From Vulcanimicrobiota bacterium (GTDB taxonomy: Bacteria > Vulcanimicrobiota > Vulcanimicrobiia > Vulcanimicrobiales > Vulcanimicrobiaceae), in NCBI GenBank assembly GCA_963795855.1, contig CAWCIZ010000003.1, positions 736,001-800,000 of the forward strand: 64,000 bases of DNA, written 5' to 3'. The notes beneath the pieces are model-generated. The model saw only the letters and a program-made list of their open reading frames with translations. It made no database searches and was not told where the DNA came from. This document shows, one piece after another, positions 10,328 through 21,740 of this stretch; the first letter of the stretch is position 1, and every line of letters starts with the position of its first letter. The position numbers and the translations under genes were made by a program.

Positions 10328-11234
10328 CGGTAAGCTCTCCGTCATCATGCCGGCTTACAATGAAGCCGAATTCATCGAAAGCAACGTCAGGGAAACCGTC
10401 GAAACCCTCTCGTCGTTCGGATATGACTTCGAAGTCATCGTCGTCGACGACGGCAGCCCCGACTTCACGCATCTTTCAGCGCTACGCGCGCGCTTGCATT
10501 ACCCAAATCGCGTGCGGGTCGTGCGCTACGACGACAACCAAGGCAAAGGCAACGCGCTCATCTGCGGCGTCTCCTATGCGACGGGCAGATACATCGCTTT
10601 TCTGGACGCGGATATGGATCTGCATCCGCAGCAGTTGCCGCTTTTCCTGGAACTGCTCGAAACGAAGAATGCCGACGCCGTGATCGGTTCCAAGTGGCAT
10701 CCGAATTCGAACGTCGGCTACCCCGCGCTGCGGCGCCTCTACAGCCGCGCGTATTACGCGCTGATTTGGCTGCTGTTCGGTCTACCGGTTCGCGACACGC
10801 AAACCGGCATCAAGGTCTTTCGATCGGACGTGCTTCGACGCGTTTTTCCGCGCGTGCTCGTGAAGCGCTTCGCGTTCGACATCGAAGTGCTGGCGAATGC
10901 CCAGCGCCTTGGCTATCGCATTACCGAAGCGCCCGTAACGCTCGAATTTCGGCGGAAGCTCGGGCGCATAAAAGCAGGCGACGTCTATCGCATGTTCCTG
11001 GACACTCTCGCGATCTTTTATCGCATGAAGATTCTGCGCTACTACGACAGCGCCGATTCGGGCTTCCGATTTGCGGAGCCCGTGGGCATGCGTGAGCTCG
11101 ATTCAGCGAACTCGCGCCGGCGAGCGCTCGCGACTTCGACTTGGTCTAACGAAGCAGTGAAGGACCTGACCGAGCTCGGCGATCGGTACGGTCGGTCGTC
11201 GTATTACTGCTGCCCGGCCTCGGTGACGCGATGA
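10320..11234 (+). CDS. GT2 glycosyltransferase, DPM1/polyprenol-P-sugar synthase-like (3' end uncertain)
   Basis: SVIMPAYNE, VDDGSPD, NQGKGNA, FLDADMD, DTQTGIKVF, FAFDIEVL. Confidence 0.9.
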   Translation: MLSGKLSVIMPAYNEAEFIESNVRETVETLSSFGYDFEVIVVDDGSPDFTHLSALRARLHYPNRVRVVRYDDNQGKGNALICGVSYATGRYIAFLDADMDLHPQQLPLFLELLETKNADAVIGSKWHPNSNVGYPALRRLYSRAYYALIWLLFGLPVRDTQTGIKVFRSDVLRRVFPRVLVKRFAFDIEVLANAQRLGYRITEAPVTLEFRRKLGRIKAGDVYRMFLDTLAIFYRMKILRYYDSADSGFRFAEPVGMRELDSANSRRRALATSTWSNEAVKDLTELGDRYGRSSYYCCPASVTR

Positions 11235-12256
11235 CCGCGAGCTCGCTGTTGCGCCGCCTCGTGGAGTCGCGACCCGATTTGGACGCGGTCACAATGCTTG
11301 AGCCGGTGCGCGAATACGCGAGCGCGCTTGGGATCTTTCGAGACGTGCACCAGTTGCCGCTGCTTTCCTCGCCGGTTGCAGCGGTTGCGCCGTTGCTGAA
11401 GTTGCGCGGCAAATACGACGTCTGCGTCGTCCCGTTTCCCGCCACGCGCTGGCAGTACGCAGCGGTAGCAGCGCTGATCGGCGCGCGCCATACGTACATC
11501 CACGAATACGGCGGATTCTCGCACCTCTTGGCTTCGCTCACGCGTCGCGCGACGTTCGTCCCGCTGCGCGGCGGCCACCGCGTCGCCGAAAACGATCGTC
11601 TCGCTTCGGCGATGCGGCTCCCGGGCGGTATGCAGCCGGAGTATCTCGTTCCGGCGGCGTGGGCGGCTCCGCGCGCGTCCGGATTGGTCGGCATGCATAC
11701 GGGTTCGATGATCTACAAAGGGAATGAAGCGCGGCGCTGGCCGTTCGAGCGCTTCGTGCAGCTCATCCGCGAGCAGGCGCTGGAAAAAAACCGGCGGGTG
11801 CGCGTATTCATCGGCCCCAATGAAGAGCGCGATCGGGACCGCCTGAGCGCCGAATTCGGCGACGCAATCGAGTTCGTGCAACTGCCGCTCGCGCAAGCAG
11901 CGCGGGCGCTGAGCGAGTGCGAGGTTTTCGTCGGCAACGATGCCGGGCTCGCACACCTCGCCGCGGGCTTAGGCGTGAAGACCATCGCGCTCTTCGGCAT
12001 GACGAATCCGCTTCGAGCAACGCCCGTCGGGCCGGCGATTGCGCTGCGCCCGTCGGCTTGTCCGGCGTGTCACGACGAAGGTATGCGGGATTTTCGGTGC
12101 GCGCTGAAGATTGAATACCGTTGCATGAACGACGATTTCCCGGCGGAAGCGGTTTCGCGTGCCGTCGACGCCGCCCTGACAGGTCCGCTTCCCGTCTTCG
12201 AGCCGGTCCCGGAGTCCGAATTCCGCATGTACGGCCGCGCGCGCCAAGCGACTTGA
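11157..12256 (+). CDS. GT9 (heptosyltransferase-like) glycosyltransferase; N-terminus crosses a frameshift near 11195
   Basis: LLLPGLGDAM upstream of ATG 11231; RRWPFERF, GNDAGLAHLAAGLGVKTIALFGMTNP, CxxC..C..C tail. Confidence 0.88.
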
Positions 12257-13416
12257 TGACGAGCAGATTCAAAGCCTTTGCCACCATGAACGGCGTCGAG
12301 GGCCAAGGTGGTACGCCCGGCGTGTCGGGCGGCGACGTGCGCCTGATGACCATCTTGAAATTGCTCGGCGATCGCGTGGATTTCACGCTGAGCACGACGC
12401 CTATGGGCCGCGAACTCTGCCGTTTGAACGGCGTGCGCGCAAACTATCGCGTCATGCACACGAGCGACAAGCCGGGGATTCTCGGCAATCTCGAACGCGT
12501 TATCTCGAGCTGCGCCAACGTACCCAAAGAGCATTTCGATCTCGCGTATTCGGGCGGCGAACATCTGTATGACGTGCTGCCGGCCGCGTTGCTGCGGATT
12601 TTTCGGCGCGTGCCTTGGGTGGCATTGGTGCACTGGGTGGAAGAGTACCCTTGGCGCGACAAACGCGGCGGGACACCCCCGCTTCACCGGTATTTGTACT
12701 GGCTCAATCGCGTTGCCGCAATGCTGCTCGTGAAATGCTTTGCAGATCGCGTGCTCGCCGTTTCCGAATCGACGAGAGTGAAACTCATCGCATCGCGAGG
12801 CTTCGCTCCGCAGCGCGTCGGCACGGTGCTCTGCGGATTGGATCTTGCTTCGGCCACCGCCGTGCGCGATTCGACCGCGCCGAAAGTCTACGACGCGATC
12901 TTCATGAAGCGCTTGAATTTCGGCAAAGGCGTCCGCGATCTGATCGAGATTTGGGACTACGTCGTGCAGGCGCGACCGCAAGCGCGGTTGCAAGTCCTCG
13001 GCTCGGGACCGCCGGGGGTCGTCGACGAAATTCGCGGCCTCATCCAAGCGAAGGATCTCTCGAAGAGCATCGATCTCGTCGGCGTCGTGCACGACCCTGC
13101 CGAGAAACGCTCGCGACTTGCAAGCTCGTCGGTATTCGTGTTGCCATCGCATGAGGAAAACTGGGCGATCGTCATCGGCGAAGCGCTTGCGTCGGGTTTA
13201 CCGGTCGTGGCGTACGATCTCAAAGAAATTCGGCCGCTGTGGGGCGAGCGCGTGCAGTGGATTCCCCTCGGCGACACCCGCGCATTCGCGCAGCGAGTGC
13301 TGGACCTGCTCGAGCGGCCGCGCCGGGTACCACTCGATGATTTTTTGAAGAGTCTGGACTGGAGCCGCATCGCCGAGAACGAGTACGCGGAGATGGCACG
13401 ATTCGCGCGAACGTAA
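12256..13416 (+). CDS. GT4 glycosyltransferase
   Basis: SGGD N-terminal loop, AVSEST, KGVRDL, FVLPSHEENWAIVIGEALASGLPVV; TGATG coupling to the upstream gene. Confidence 0.9.
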   Translation: MTSRFKAFATMNGVEGQGGTPGVSGGDVRLMTILKLLGDRVDFTLSTTPMGRELCRLNGVRANYRVMHTSDKPGILGNLERVISSCANVPKEHFDLAYSGGEHLYDVLPAALLRIFRRVPWVALVHWVEEYPWRDKRGGTPPLHRYLYWLNRVAAMLLVKCFADRVLAVSESTRVKLIASRGFAPQRVGTVLCGLDLASATAVRDSTAPKVYDAIFMKRLNFGKGVRDLIEIWDYVVQARPQARLQVLGSGPPGVVDEIRGLIQAKDLSKSIDLVGVVHDPAEKRSRLASSSVFVLPSHEENWAIVIGEALASGLPVVAYDLKEIRPLWGERVQWIPLGDTRAFAQRVLDLLERPRRVPLDDFLKSLDWSRIAENEYAEMARFART

Positions 13417-16400
13417 TGCGCGCGGCTGTTGCGAACCGCGAACGCCTGGGAAGCATCAGCGGGCTGGCCGCCATCGCCATGATTGCGACGCTCGCTTTCG
13501 GCAGCGGTCTCATTCTCGGCGACAGCGATGCGCGTTTGCATCTCGATCCGCTCAAATTCATCGCGCAGTCTGCGATACAGCTGGGATCCGACCTCGTTTC
13601 TTGGTTTCGACGGCGGATCCGAGCAGCTGTACCTGACACCCTACACTTGGCTGTATGGGCTGCTGGCGCTTATCCACGTTTCGCCGGGCTTCTCGCAGCG
13701 CATCGTGATGTTCGCGATTTATCTGGCATGCGCGTGCGCGATGTACTGGTGCTTGCGAACGATTCCGCCGCGCGTCGGTCGTCTGCCCGCGCTTTTCGGA
13801 GCGGCGGTCTTCACATGGAATCCGTATGTCGCTTTCAACTCGCAGGGCTCATCGGTCATGCTGCTTTCGTACGCAGCGTTGCCGCTCCTGATCGCCCTCC
13901 TGTACCTCACCGTTTCGGGCGCGCTCGATCTCTACGTCGGAGCGGTGTTCATCGCGATAACGGTGTTTTTTGCCAGCGGCGTGAACCCGCCGCTGCTGGC
14001 AATCGACGTCATCATATGCGCCGCGTACGCAGTCGTGCTGTTTCTGACGTTCGCCGGCCGGCGGCGGGTTGCGGCCAAACGCATCGCCGCCATAAGCGTG
14101 CTCGGCGTGCTCGCGACGGTCGTGGTAAATCTGTACTGGATCGTCCCGTTTTTCGATTACTTTCGCACCGTATGGATTGGCGGCGTGCTGGTCGAGCCGC
14201 AGAGCATGCATAATGCAGACACTTCGTTCTTCAACGTACTGCGCGGTTTCGGGCAGTGGGCGATCTTCCAGGGTGACGACCGAGGTCCATACTATGCATG
14301 GGCGCCGCCGTTTGCTCAAGGTTTGTTCTACGTCATCGCTTGCGTGGTGCCGGCCCTGGCGCTCCTTGCGCCCGTGCACAAGCGGAATCAAAACGCGACC
14401 GCCGCGCTGTTTCTCCTTACGCTTGCAATTTCCGTGCCGCTCGTTGTGGGCGATTACTCCGGCGCGATCGGCCCCGCATTGACGTCGCCTGCCTATACGT
14501 TTCTCTTCGCGCACGTTCCGGGATTTCAAATCTTCCGCTCCGTGTACAAGTGGGTTGAGGGCGTGGAATTCGGCGTAGCCGGGCTTTTCGCGCTGCAGGC
14601 TGAAGCGCTTCTCGCGCTCGCGCAGGCGTGGGACAGACCACGCTGGGGCGCCGCGCTGCGAGCGTGGACGATTGCAGGCGCCGTCGGCTTGCTGCTCTTC
14701 GGTTTCTCCCCGATGCTCTCCGGGAAATTCAATCGCGCGGAAGAGCCGATACCGGCATGGTTTCACAGCGCGAAAGCGGTTCTTGGACCGGCGCAGGACT
14801 CGCGCGTTGCGCTGTTTCCAAGCCAGTATCTGGAAACGTACGTCTGGGGCGATCCGATTTACTACATCGAACAGGGCTTCATCCCGAACGATTTGATTTA
14901 CGGTTATCTCGGCAGCGCGCCGAGCGAAGGTGCCGACGCGTGGCTCAAGCGAGCCTATCGCGACGCACGCATGGGCGATCCGCGCGCCGCGGATATCTTT
15001 CGCTTCTTGAACGTCGGTCAAATTTTGCAGCGCGACGACTTCCGCAGCGAAGCCGACTTCTCGTTCGGCGGCGCGATAGTGCGAACGAACACGTCGCTTT
15101 CGCATTACATTGCCGCTCACGTTCTGGGCGCTGCGCCGTACCGTTCGATCGGCGCGCTCCGTTCGTACGATCTCGCGCAGCCCGTTCCGCTGCTTTTCGG
15201 CGCGCGCCGGTCTGTGATATCCGGTGACAGCTTGCGCCTTTTCGCGACCAAGGCGGATCCGGCGTTTCTCGCACGTTCGGGCGTTGCGATCGACGCGGAC
15301 GGTTTGACGGTTGCACAGTTGCGTGAAGCGCGCCGCGACGGCGCAGCGCTCGATCGCAGCGTCGCGCGCGACGTGGCCGCGCTTTCCTTGTCCGCAGCGC
15401 ATATTTCGACGACCACCACGCCTGATGGAGTCTGTCGTGCAGCTCCGCGATCGGGCCTGTATCACGTGTCGGTCGAAAACGGCGGAATTCCCCTGAAGTC
15501 AGGACGCCTGCGCGTGCATATCGATCGACGCGCCATCACCGTCGTGCGCCGCGGATCCGGATCGTGGCTAGATTTCGGCGACGTTCGCCTCGCGCGCGGC
15601 AAGCACGTCATTCACATGGATGCTTCCGTTCAGCCGGGTTTTCTGCAAATCGTGCCCAGCGCGCTGTGGCGCGATCGGGTCGATGAGGTGGCGCGCATGT
15701 CGGCGCGCGGATCGTCACAGGTGCAGGCTGCGCAGCTCGCTCGCCGTGCGTAACGACGCCGACGCGTTCATTCCCGCGAAGTTCGCGATTGCATCGGCAA
15801 ATCGCACCGGCATCGTTCCACGCGTGGCGAACGGCGAGTCCGTCGAGCTGCCGGCATTCAATGGGCGCGGAACGGCAACGACGGATCCCGCGCTTCTGCC
15901 GAAAGCTTGGTACGAGCACGCGCAAACGTTCGATTGGAACAGAGGTGAGGAGATGTCGTGGACGCTGCTGGCGCGTTCCGCGGACTTCAGCGTCTTCAAT
16001 CCGAAAAATCGGCAAACGCGCGCCGTGCTGAGAATGCGGTTCTCCGCGGTCGGTTCGCGCGTTCGCGTGCGCGTTTTCGTGAACGGCCGGGATGCAGGCG
16101 CCGCGATCGTGCGCGGCGCACCGCTAGCGTTGCAAATGCCGGCGCAGCCGTCGCATTTTGCCCAATTCGTGCGCTATCCGCTCCCGCTAACCGTCCGGCT
16201 AGCGTTGAAGCCGGGCGTGAATCGGGTGACTTTCATGCTGACGGGATCGCAGGGCATCTCGACGCAGCGCATCGCGGAACGGAGCATCGGTAAGCCGATC
16301 GTTGCACTCGCCGGTATTCTTGGCAGTCCGGTCTTTCTCGTCAGCGGCATAGGCTCTGAAAAAATGTCCGCGGCGCTTCCTGCGCCGGCCGTTCGCAGAT

Positions 16401-17101
16401 CGCGCGGGTCGTACGTGTTCGTTGTTGGAAAACGCCTGGGCGCGATTACGATTCCGCTTTCGACGTCGTTAGCCGGCGATCCGCATCTCGTCGGTCGTAT
16501 CGTGCGTTCGGGTAAGAATGCAAGAGCGTGGCTTCTTGTCTGGACCGCTTCGCGCTTGCGTACCGGACTCGTTCGCTCGCATATCGTGCCCTTGCCGCCG
16601 GGCGCTTTCGACTATTCGATCGCTCAGCATCTTGCGAATTCGTTCGATGATTCCGGCGCACGAATTGCCGGTGCGTCCCTCGTCTTGGAAGACGGCCGGT
16701 TCATCGCCACCGGCGTCGGCATCACGCGACTGACGCTTGCAAACGGTTCAAACGCGCCACCGAAGCGGTTTCCCACTGTGTGTCTGAAAACGCGGCGCGA
16801 ATCGCCGGTAGCGCTTCAAGCGGACGCGTGCGCTGCGACGCCGCCGTTCATCCTGGTTTTCGGCGAATCGTATCATCCCGAATGGAGTGCGAGCTTGGAC
16901 GGCCGCACGCTCACGCACGTGCAGGTGAACGGGTTCGAAAATGGCTGGCTCGTGCCGAGCCTTCGATCGGGTCAGCGCATTTCGCTCGCCTTTCTCGCGC
17001 AACGGCGGTTCGACCGCGCGTGCGCCATCTCGATCGCCGGCGCCGTGCTGTGCTTGCTGGTATTGTTTTTCCGGCGGCGGCGAATCGTCGTATGCGCGTA
17101 G
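13416..17101 (+). CDS. Large GT-C-type membrane glycosyltransferase, AftD_N/DUF3367-like, with long extracytoplasmic beta domains (frameshifts near 13570 and 15740)
   Basis: DPLKFI..YSWDPTSFLG..YLTPY..SQRI resembles the AftD N-terminus; FTWNPYV, IFRSVYKW, SRVALFP, ILQRDD; C-terminal ESYHPEW..VNGFENGW followed by a TM helix. Confidence 0.7.
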
Positions 17102-17262
17102 CGCTCTGCGCCTTTGCGGTATTCGCATGCGTGTTGCTGTTCGGAGCCGCGTTCCTTCCTGAGGTGCCCCGAGAGGCGTTTGCGACCGCTGCGTACGTCA
17201 TCGTCGTCGCGCTTGCAGTGGGTGTGCTTGGGCTTGCGGCCGTCAAACGTGAAAAAGAGTAG
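17092..17262 (+). CDS. Small two-TM membrane protein (56 aa)
   Basis: MRVALCAFAVFACVLLFGAAFLPEVPREAFATAAYVIVVALAVGVLGLAAVKREKE; overlaps both flanking genes. Confidence 0.6.
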   Translation: MRVALCAFAVFACVLLFGAAFLPEVPREAFATAAYVIVVALAVGVLGLAAVKREKE

Positions 17263-19480
17263 ACCCGGATACGCGCTGTCGGCCGCATGCGCCGTCATTG
17301 GCCTTCTTTTTGCATATCACGTTTGCCGGAACGGCATACCCGCTTTGCGTCACGATTGGCAGTGGCCGCTTACCCGATCCGAGTTTTTCATCAGCATGCT
17401 GAACTCGGTGAGCGGCTGGATCGCGTCGGGGTTCGGACAGCCGCAGACCTATCCGAGCAATTACGTCATCGACATTCCGCTCACGCTTTTTGCCGCCGTT
17501 GCCGGCGCGTACGGAGCGCTGATCCTGACGGCCTTTCTGATTGGATTTGCGGTGAGCCGCGGAGCCGCCGCAGTCTGCGAAGCATTCGGATCGGCGATAT
17601 GGCCGGCGCTCATCGCCGCTTTGTTTGCAACGTTCAACCCGTGGGTTTACACGGAAGTCGTTGCCGGCCACATGCTGATGGTGCTTTCTTACGGCGGGTT
17701 ACTGTTTTTGCTGGCGGCGCTGGTTCGCGAAACCGAGCCGCGGACCAAAGCGTGGCCGCTGCTGATCGCGTTTCAACAGTTGCAACTTTTTGCGGTCGCG
17801 ATCCTGGCGCTCTTGATCTTCATGAAACAACGCAAAACATATCGCGCTCTAGGCGTCGCCGTGCTCTTGAGTTTGCCGATTGCCATCGGCATGCTGCTCG
17901 GCGCGCGCTCGCTGCTCGCTACGCCATACACGCTGAGTTGGCAAGCAACGAACTCGGTCGCGTTTCCGAAAGCGCTCGTGCTGCTGGGCTATTTCTCGCC
18001 GTATGCCGATCGCATCGGCTTGCCGCTCGTCGTCGCGATGTGCGCGGTCGCTGCCGCCGCGCTCTGGGCCATTCCCGAGTCGCGTATGGCAAAGTCGACG
18101 CTCTGGGCGGCAGTTCTCGGTATTGCGGCGGCGCTGTTCTCGGCCGGCGTGAAGGGGCCGCTGCAGCACGTGTACGCGTCGCTCGTGGTGCTTTCACCAC
18201 TGACCGGTTTTTATCGCGAACTGTACGACGTGCTGGCGGTTGCGGCGATCTGCTACGTGGTGCTTCTAGCGCAGGTGCGCCACCCCGCCGCGATCGCCGT
18301 CGGCGGCGCAGCCGCGGCGACATTGGCGGTGCTGTGGTTCTTGTACCCGCCTTCGGCGTTATGGCTGAACGATCGCGCGATCGCGCACGCACGGGTCGAC
18401 GCGCTTCCCGGCGCGCGGTACGCGCTGTTTCCCGCGTATCAGCCATTGACGTACGGCGGCCAAGGCAGCGGCGTCGATCCCGACGCGCGGTATCGAGCGA
18501 ATGGAGCCGCGCCGCTGAACGAGTATCTCGCAACGTATCCCGCGGTGAAAGCGCTTTCCGATTTTGCACTGCGGGGCGACTCGAGCGGTTTGGCCGATCT
18601 CGGCGTATCATTCGTCGCGTGCCGCCCGTACTTGGAAACGAGCCGCGTTGCCGTGTTCGCGCTGCGAGGTAATGCCGGTTCGCATCGCACCGGCTGCGGC
18701 GCGCCGCTCAGGAATTTCATTCCGCTCGTCGCCCTGGGCGCCGTACCGCAGATTACCGGCGATCCGGCGGAACTTGGCGCCGGTGACGTATTTGTCGGCG
18801 ATGCGCTGCAGGGCACGGTGATGCCCCCGACTGCCGCGCGGTCGTCTGCCGATCCCTCGCACGGCTGGGTCGACGCGCGATCGCTTTTTGCGACGAATCC
18901 GGAGCTTGCGCAGGGCGTGGGCGGCGTCGCGACTCAATCGCAGGTGACGCTTGCGCTCGACAAGTCGCCCGGTTCGTTCATCCTTGCCTATGTCGACGGA
19001 CGGCTTTTCAATGGCAATGCGGATTTGCACGTGCCGCAGCGCCGCTATTCGTGGATAAGGATATCGCAACGGCAGGATTGGTTGCGCTGCTCGGGCCTAT
19101 GCGTGGTTGCAGCGGTTTCCGCGATGCGGCGAGCGCCAGCCCGGGCAGCAAGACGGCAAGCGTGGCGAACTCTCGCGTCCCGCCGGCCCTTGCCATGGCT
19201 GGCGACCGCAAGCGTGCCACCGGGAAAAGCCGCTGTTCTGCGCCTCAATGTGCGCTATAATGCCGGATGGCAGGCTTGGTCGCCCGGCGGGCTGCACACA
19301 TCGCACGTGCGGCTCGACACCATCGCGAACGGCTGGATACTCCCGCAAAGACGCGTCACACGGCTGGTCTTTCTGGTACACGTGCCTTCGCTGGTGCAAG
19401 CGCTGACGGAGATTCTGTCTTTAGCAGCGCTCATTTGGTTATTCATGAAACCTCGCGAATCGAACGAGCAAACGAAGTGA
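17249..19480 (+). CDS. Second GT-C-like multi-TM protein with extracytoplasmic domain
   Basis: RHDW in first loop, FATFNPWVY, FYRELYD, ARYALFP, RYNAGW..DTIANGW plus terminal TM; same architecture as 13416..17101. Confidence 0.68.
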   Translation: MKKSRPGYALSAACAVIGLLFAYHVCRNGIPALRHDWQWPLTRSEFFISMLNSVSGWIASGFGQPQTYPSNYVIDIPLTLFAAVAGAYGALILTAFLIGFAVSRGAAAVCEAFGSAIWPALIAALFATFNPWVYTEVVAGHMLMVLSYGGLLFLLAALVRETEPRTKAWPLLIAFQQLQLFAVAILALLIFMKQRKTYRALGVAVLLSLPIAIGMLLGARSLLATPYTLSWQATNSVAFPKALVLLGYFSPYADRIGLPLVVAMCAVAAAALWAIPESRMAKSTLWAAVLGIAAALFSAGVKGPLQHVYASLVVLSPLTGFYRELYDVLAVAAICYVVLLAQVRHPAAIAVGGAAAATLAVLWFLYPPSALWLNDRAIAHARVDALPGARYALFPAYQPLTYGGQGSGVDPDARYRANGAAPLNEYLATYPAVKALSDFALRGDSSGLADLGVSFVACRPYLETSRVAVFALRGNAGSHRTGCGAPLRNFIPLVALGAVPQITGDPAELGAGDVFVGDALQGTVMPPTAARSSADPSHGWVDARSLFATNPELAQGVGGVATQSQVTLALDKSPGSFILAYVDGRLFNGNADLHVPQRRYSWIRISQRQDWLRCSGLCVVAAVSAMRRAPARAARRQAWRTLASRRPLPWLATASVPPGKAAVLRLNVRYNAGWQAWSPGGLHTSHVRLDTIANGWILPQRRVTRLVFLVHVPSLVQALTEILSLAALIWLFMKPRESNEQTK

Positions 19481-20163
19481 TGGGTGTAGCACAAGAGCCG
19501 AAGACGCAATCGAGTCACTTGAGCGAGCGGTACAGCTGCGAATATCGCTACTCCGTGGCTGACGCGCATCGCATGCGTGAAGCCATTGCCATGATTGGCC
19601 GAGGGAAGCGAGTCTTGGACGTCGGTGCGTACGACGGTCAGCTCACGCAGCAGATTGCGGCGGCTGGAAACGATGCCGTCGCGATGGACGCATCGGAACG
19701 AGCGCTCGAACTTGCAAAAGGCCGCGGATTGCAGACGGTTCACGGCGACGTTACCGCGAGGTGGCCGGTGGCCGACGCGGCGTTCGACGCCGTCTTCGCC
19801 GGCGAAATCATCGAGCACGTGATCGATACCGATTTTTTTCTCGATGAAGCTCGCCGCGTCCTCAAGGCGGGGGGCACGCTGATCATTACAACGCCGAACA
19901 TTGCGTCGCTTGCGCGGCGCGTTCTGCTGCTGTGCGGCGTGAGTCCGTGGATCGATACGGCGCTCCGGCGCGACCAAGCCGGTCACGTCCGGTATTTTAC
20001 GCGTGCAACGCTCAAGCATCTGGTCGAAGAGCACGCCTTCCACGTCGAGCGCATGGCAGGCGACTTCGTCAACATAACGTCGAGCGGTAAAGGCAGCGCG
20101 TTCCTCGCGTCCGCTTTTCCTCAGCTCGCACGCTGCATCGTGCTCTGCGCGAGAGCCCGTTAG
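19480..20163 (+). CDS. Class I SAM-dependent methyltransferase
   Basis: VLDVGAYDG, FDAVFAGEIIEHV, RVLKAGG, TTPN. Confidence 0.9.
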   Translation: MGVAQEPKTQSSHLSERYSCEYRYSVADAHRMREAIAMIGRGKRVLDVGAYDGQLTQQIAAAGNDAVAMDASERALELAKGRGLQTVHGDVTARWPVADAAFDAVFAGEIIEHVIDTDFFLDEARRVLKAGGTLIITTPNIASLARRVLLLCGVSPWIDTALRRDQAGHVRYFTRATLKHLVEEHAFHVERMAGDFVNITSSGKGSAFLASAFPQLARCIVLCARAR

Positions 20164-20166
20164 GCC

Positions 20167-21135
20167 GTGCTGCGAGTTTCCTTCGTCATCGGAACGCTCA
20201 ACGAGATCGGGCGTCTGCCCCGCGCCCTCGAGAGCATCCGAAGGCAGAACTATCCGCACGATCTCGTCGAAATCATCGTCGCGGACGGCGGTTCCAACGA
20301 CGGTACTGTCGAGTGCGCTCGATCGCACGGGTGCATCGTCGTCGACAACCCGCTGCGCAGATGCGAACCCGGTATTGCGATCGGCTACGCGGCAGCAGGC
20401 GGCGACATTGCGGTCGTGTTCGCGGCCGACAACGCGCTGCACGATGCGGAGTTCCTCAATCATATCGTGCGGCCGTTCGGCGATCCTCGCGTTTATGCGG
20501 CGGTTCCGCGACTGGTCAGCACGGCGGATGATTGTCTGACGACGCGGTATCTAAACGATTTCACGGATCCGTTCAATCACTTCTTGTACGGCAATGCGGC
20601 ATCGCCGGTCACGTTCAAACGCAAATATCGCGTCAAGCACCGCGGCGACGGCTACGTCGTGTACGATTTTTCCGCGGCAGAACCGCCGCTCGTCGCAATG
20701 GCCCAGGGCGTCACCATTCGTACGGGTCTTTCGCGCCGAAGCGGGACCGAAGAAGACGACGTGGCGCCGATTTCCGATCTGCTCACCGAGGGCCATGACA
20801 TTGCGTACGTTGCCGACGCGCTCGTCGAGCATCACACCGTCGCAAGTTTACGCGATTTCGTCCGTAAATTCGGGCCGCGGATCGGCAAGCGGTTTTCCGA
20901 GCGAGACCAGCCGGTGTGGAATCGCGCGCAAACGTGGAGTTCGTCGCGTAAGCTTCGCGCGTATCTCTGGCCGTTTTATTCGATTTCGCTCGTTTTTCCG
21001 GGCGTGGCCGCCATTTACGGCGCAGTGCGCGACGGACGGCCGACGTGGCTCTATCACCCCGTCGTGAATTTTGCGCTGGGCATCGAGTTCTGGCGCCAAT
21101 TTTTCAAATGGAGATTCGGCACATCGTGGAAATAA
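20167..21135 (+). CDS. GT2 glycosyltransferase
   Basis: VSFVIGTLNE, ADGGSNDGT, AADN (DxD-like), EDD; C-terminal hydrophobic segment. Confidence 0.85.
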   Translation: MLRVSFVIGTLNEIGRLPRALESIRRQNYPHDLVEIIVADGGSNDGTVECARSHGCIVVDNPLRRCEPGIAIGYAAAGGDIAVVFAADNALHDAEFLNHIVRPFGDPRVYAAVPRLVSTADDCLTTRYLNDFTDPFNHFLYGNAASPVTFKRKYRVKHRGDGYVVYDFSAAEPPLVAMAQGVTIRTGLSRRSGTEEDDVAPISDLLTEGHDIAYVADALVEHHTVASLRDFVRKFGPRIGKRFSERDQPVWNRAQTWSSSRKLRAYLWPFYSISLVFPGVAAIYGAVRDGRPTWLYHPVVNFALGIEFWRQFFKWRFGTSWK

Positions 21136-21740
21136 CGCAAAACCTTTCGCTCGGCGACGAGACGACGGTCGACGAGAGCGCAATCGTCGGTTTGGTTGGG
21201 CGCGCAGGGCCGGCGGAAGTGGCGATCGGCGCGCACTCCAGAATTCGTTCGCATACGGTCATTTATGCGGGGGTCGTGGCGGGCGAGCGTTTTAACACGG
21301 GGCATGGAGCGCTGATTCGCGAGAACAACCGCTTCGGCAACGACGTGAGCGTCGGAAGCAATGCGACGTTGGAGCCGGGAAACCGTATCGGAAGCGGTAC
21401 GCGAATCCATTCCGGATGCTTTCTCGAGAATGTCACGCTTGGCGACGACGTTTTCGTCGGGCCGAACGTCGTATTCACGGACGATCCGCATCCGCCGTGC
21501 GCCGAGTGTACGGAATTCGTCGGCGGCGCGACCGTCGGCAAGGGCGCGGCGATCGGCGGAAATTCCACGATTCTACCGGGAGTCACAATCGGCGCTGGTG
21601 CGCTCGTTGGTGCAGGCAGCGTCGTGACGAAAGACGTGCCCGACGGCATGGTCGTTGCGGGAAATCCAGCACGCGTCATCAAGCCCGTCGCCGACGTCGT
21701 CTGCCGCGCGCAAGCCGCGAAAACCGCGAGCGGTTCATGA
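21126..21740 (+). CDS. Hexapeptide-repeat sugar N-acyltransferase (WbpD/WlbB-like)
   Basis: Left-handed beta-helix repeats, VFVGPNVVFTDD, GAGSVVTKDVP..GNPAR. Confidence 0.88.
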   Translation: MEITQNLSLGDETTVDESAIVGLVGRAGPAEVAIGAHSRIRSHTVIYAGVVAGERFNTGHGALIRENNRFGNDVSVGSNATLEPGNRIGSGTRIHSGCFLENVTLGDDVFVGPNVVFTDDPHPPCAECTEFVGGATVGKGAAIGGNSTILPGVTIGAGALVGAGSVVTKDVPDGMVVAGNPARVIKPVADVVCRAQAAKTASGS

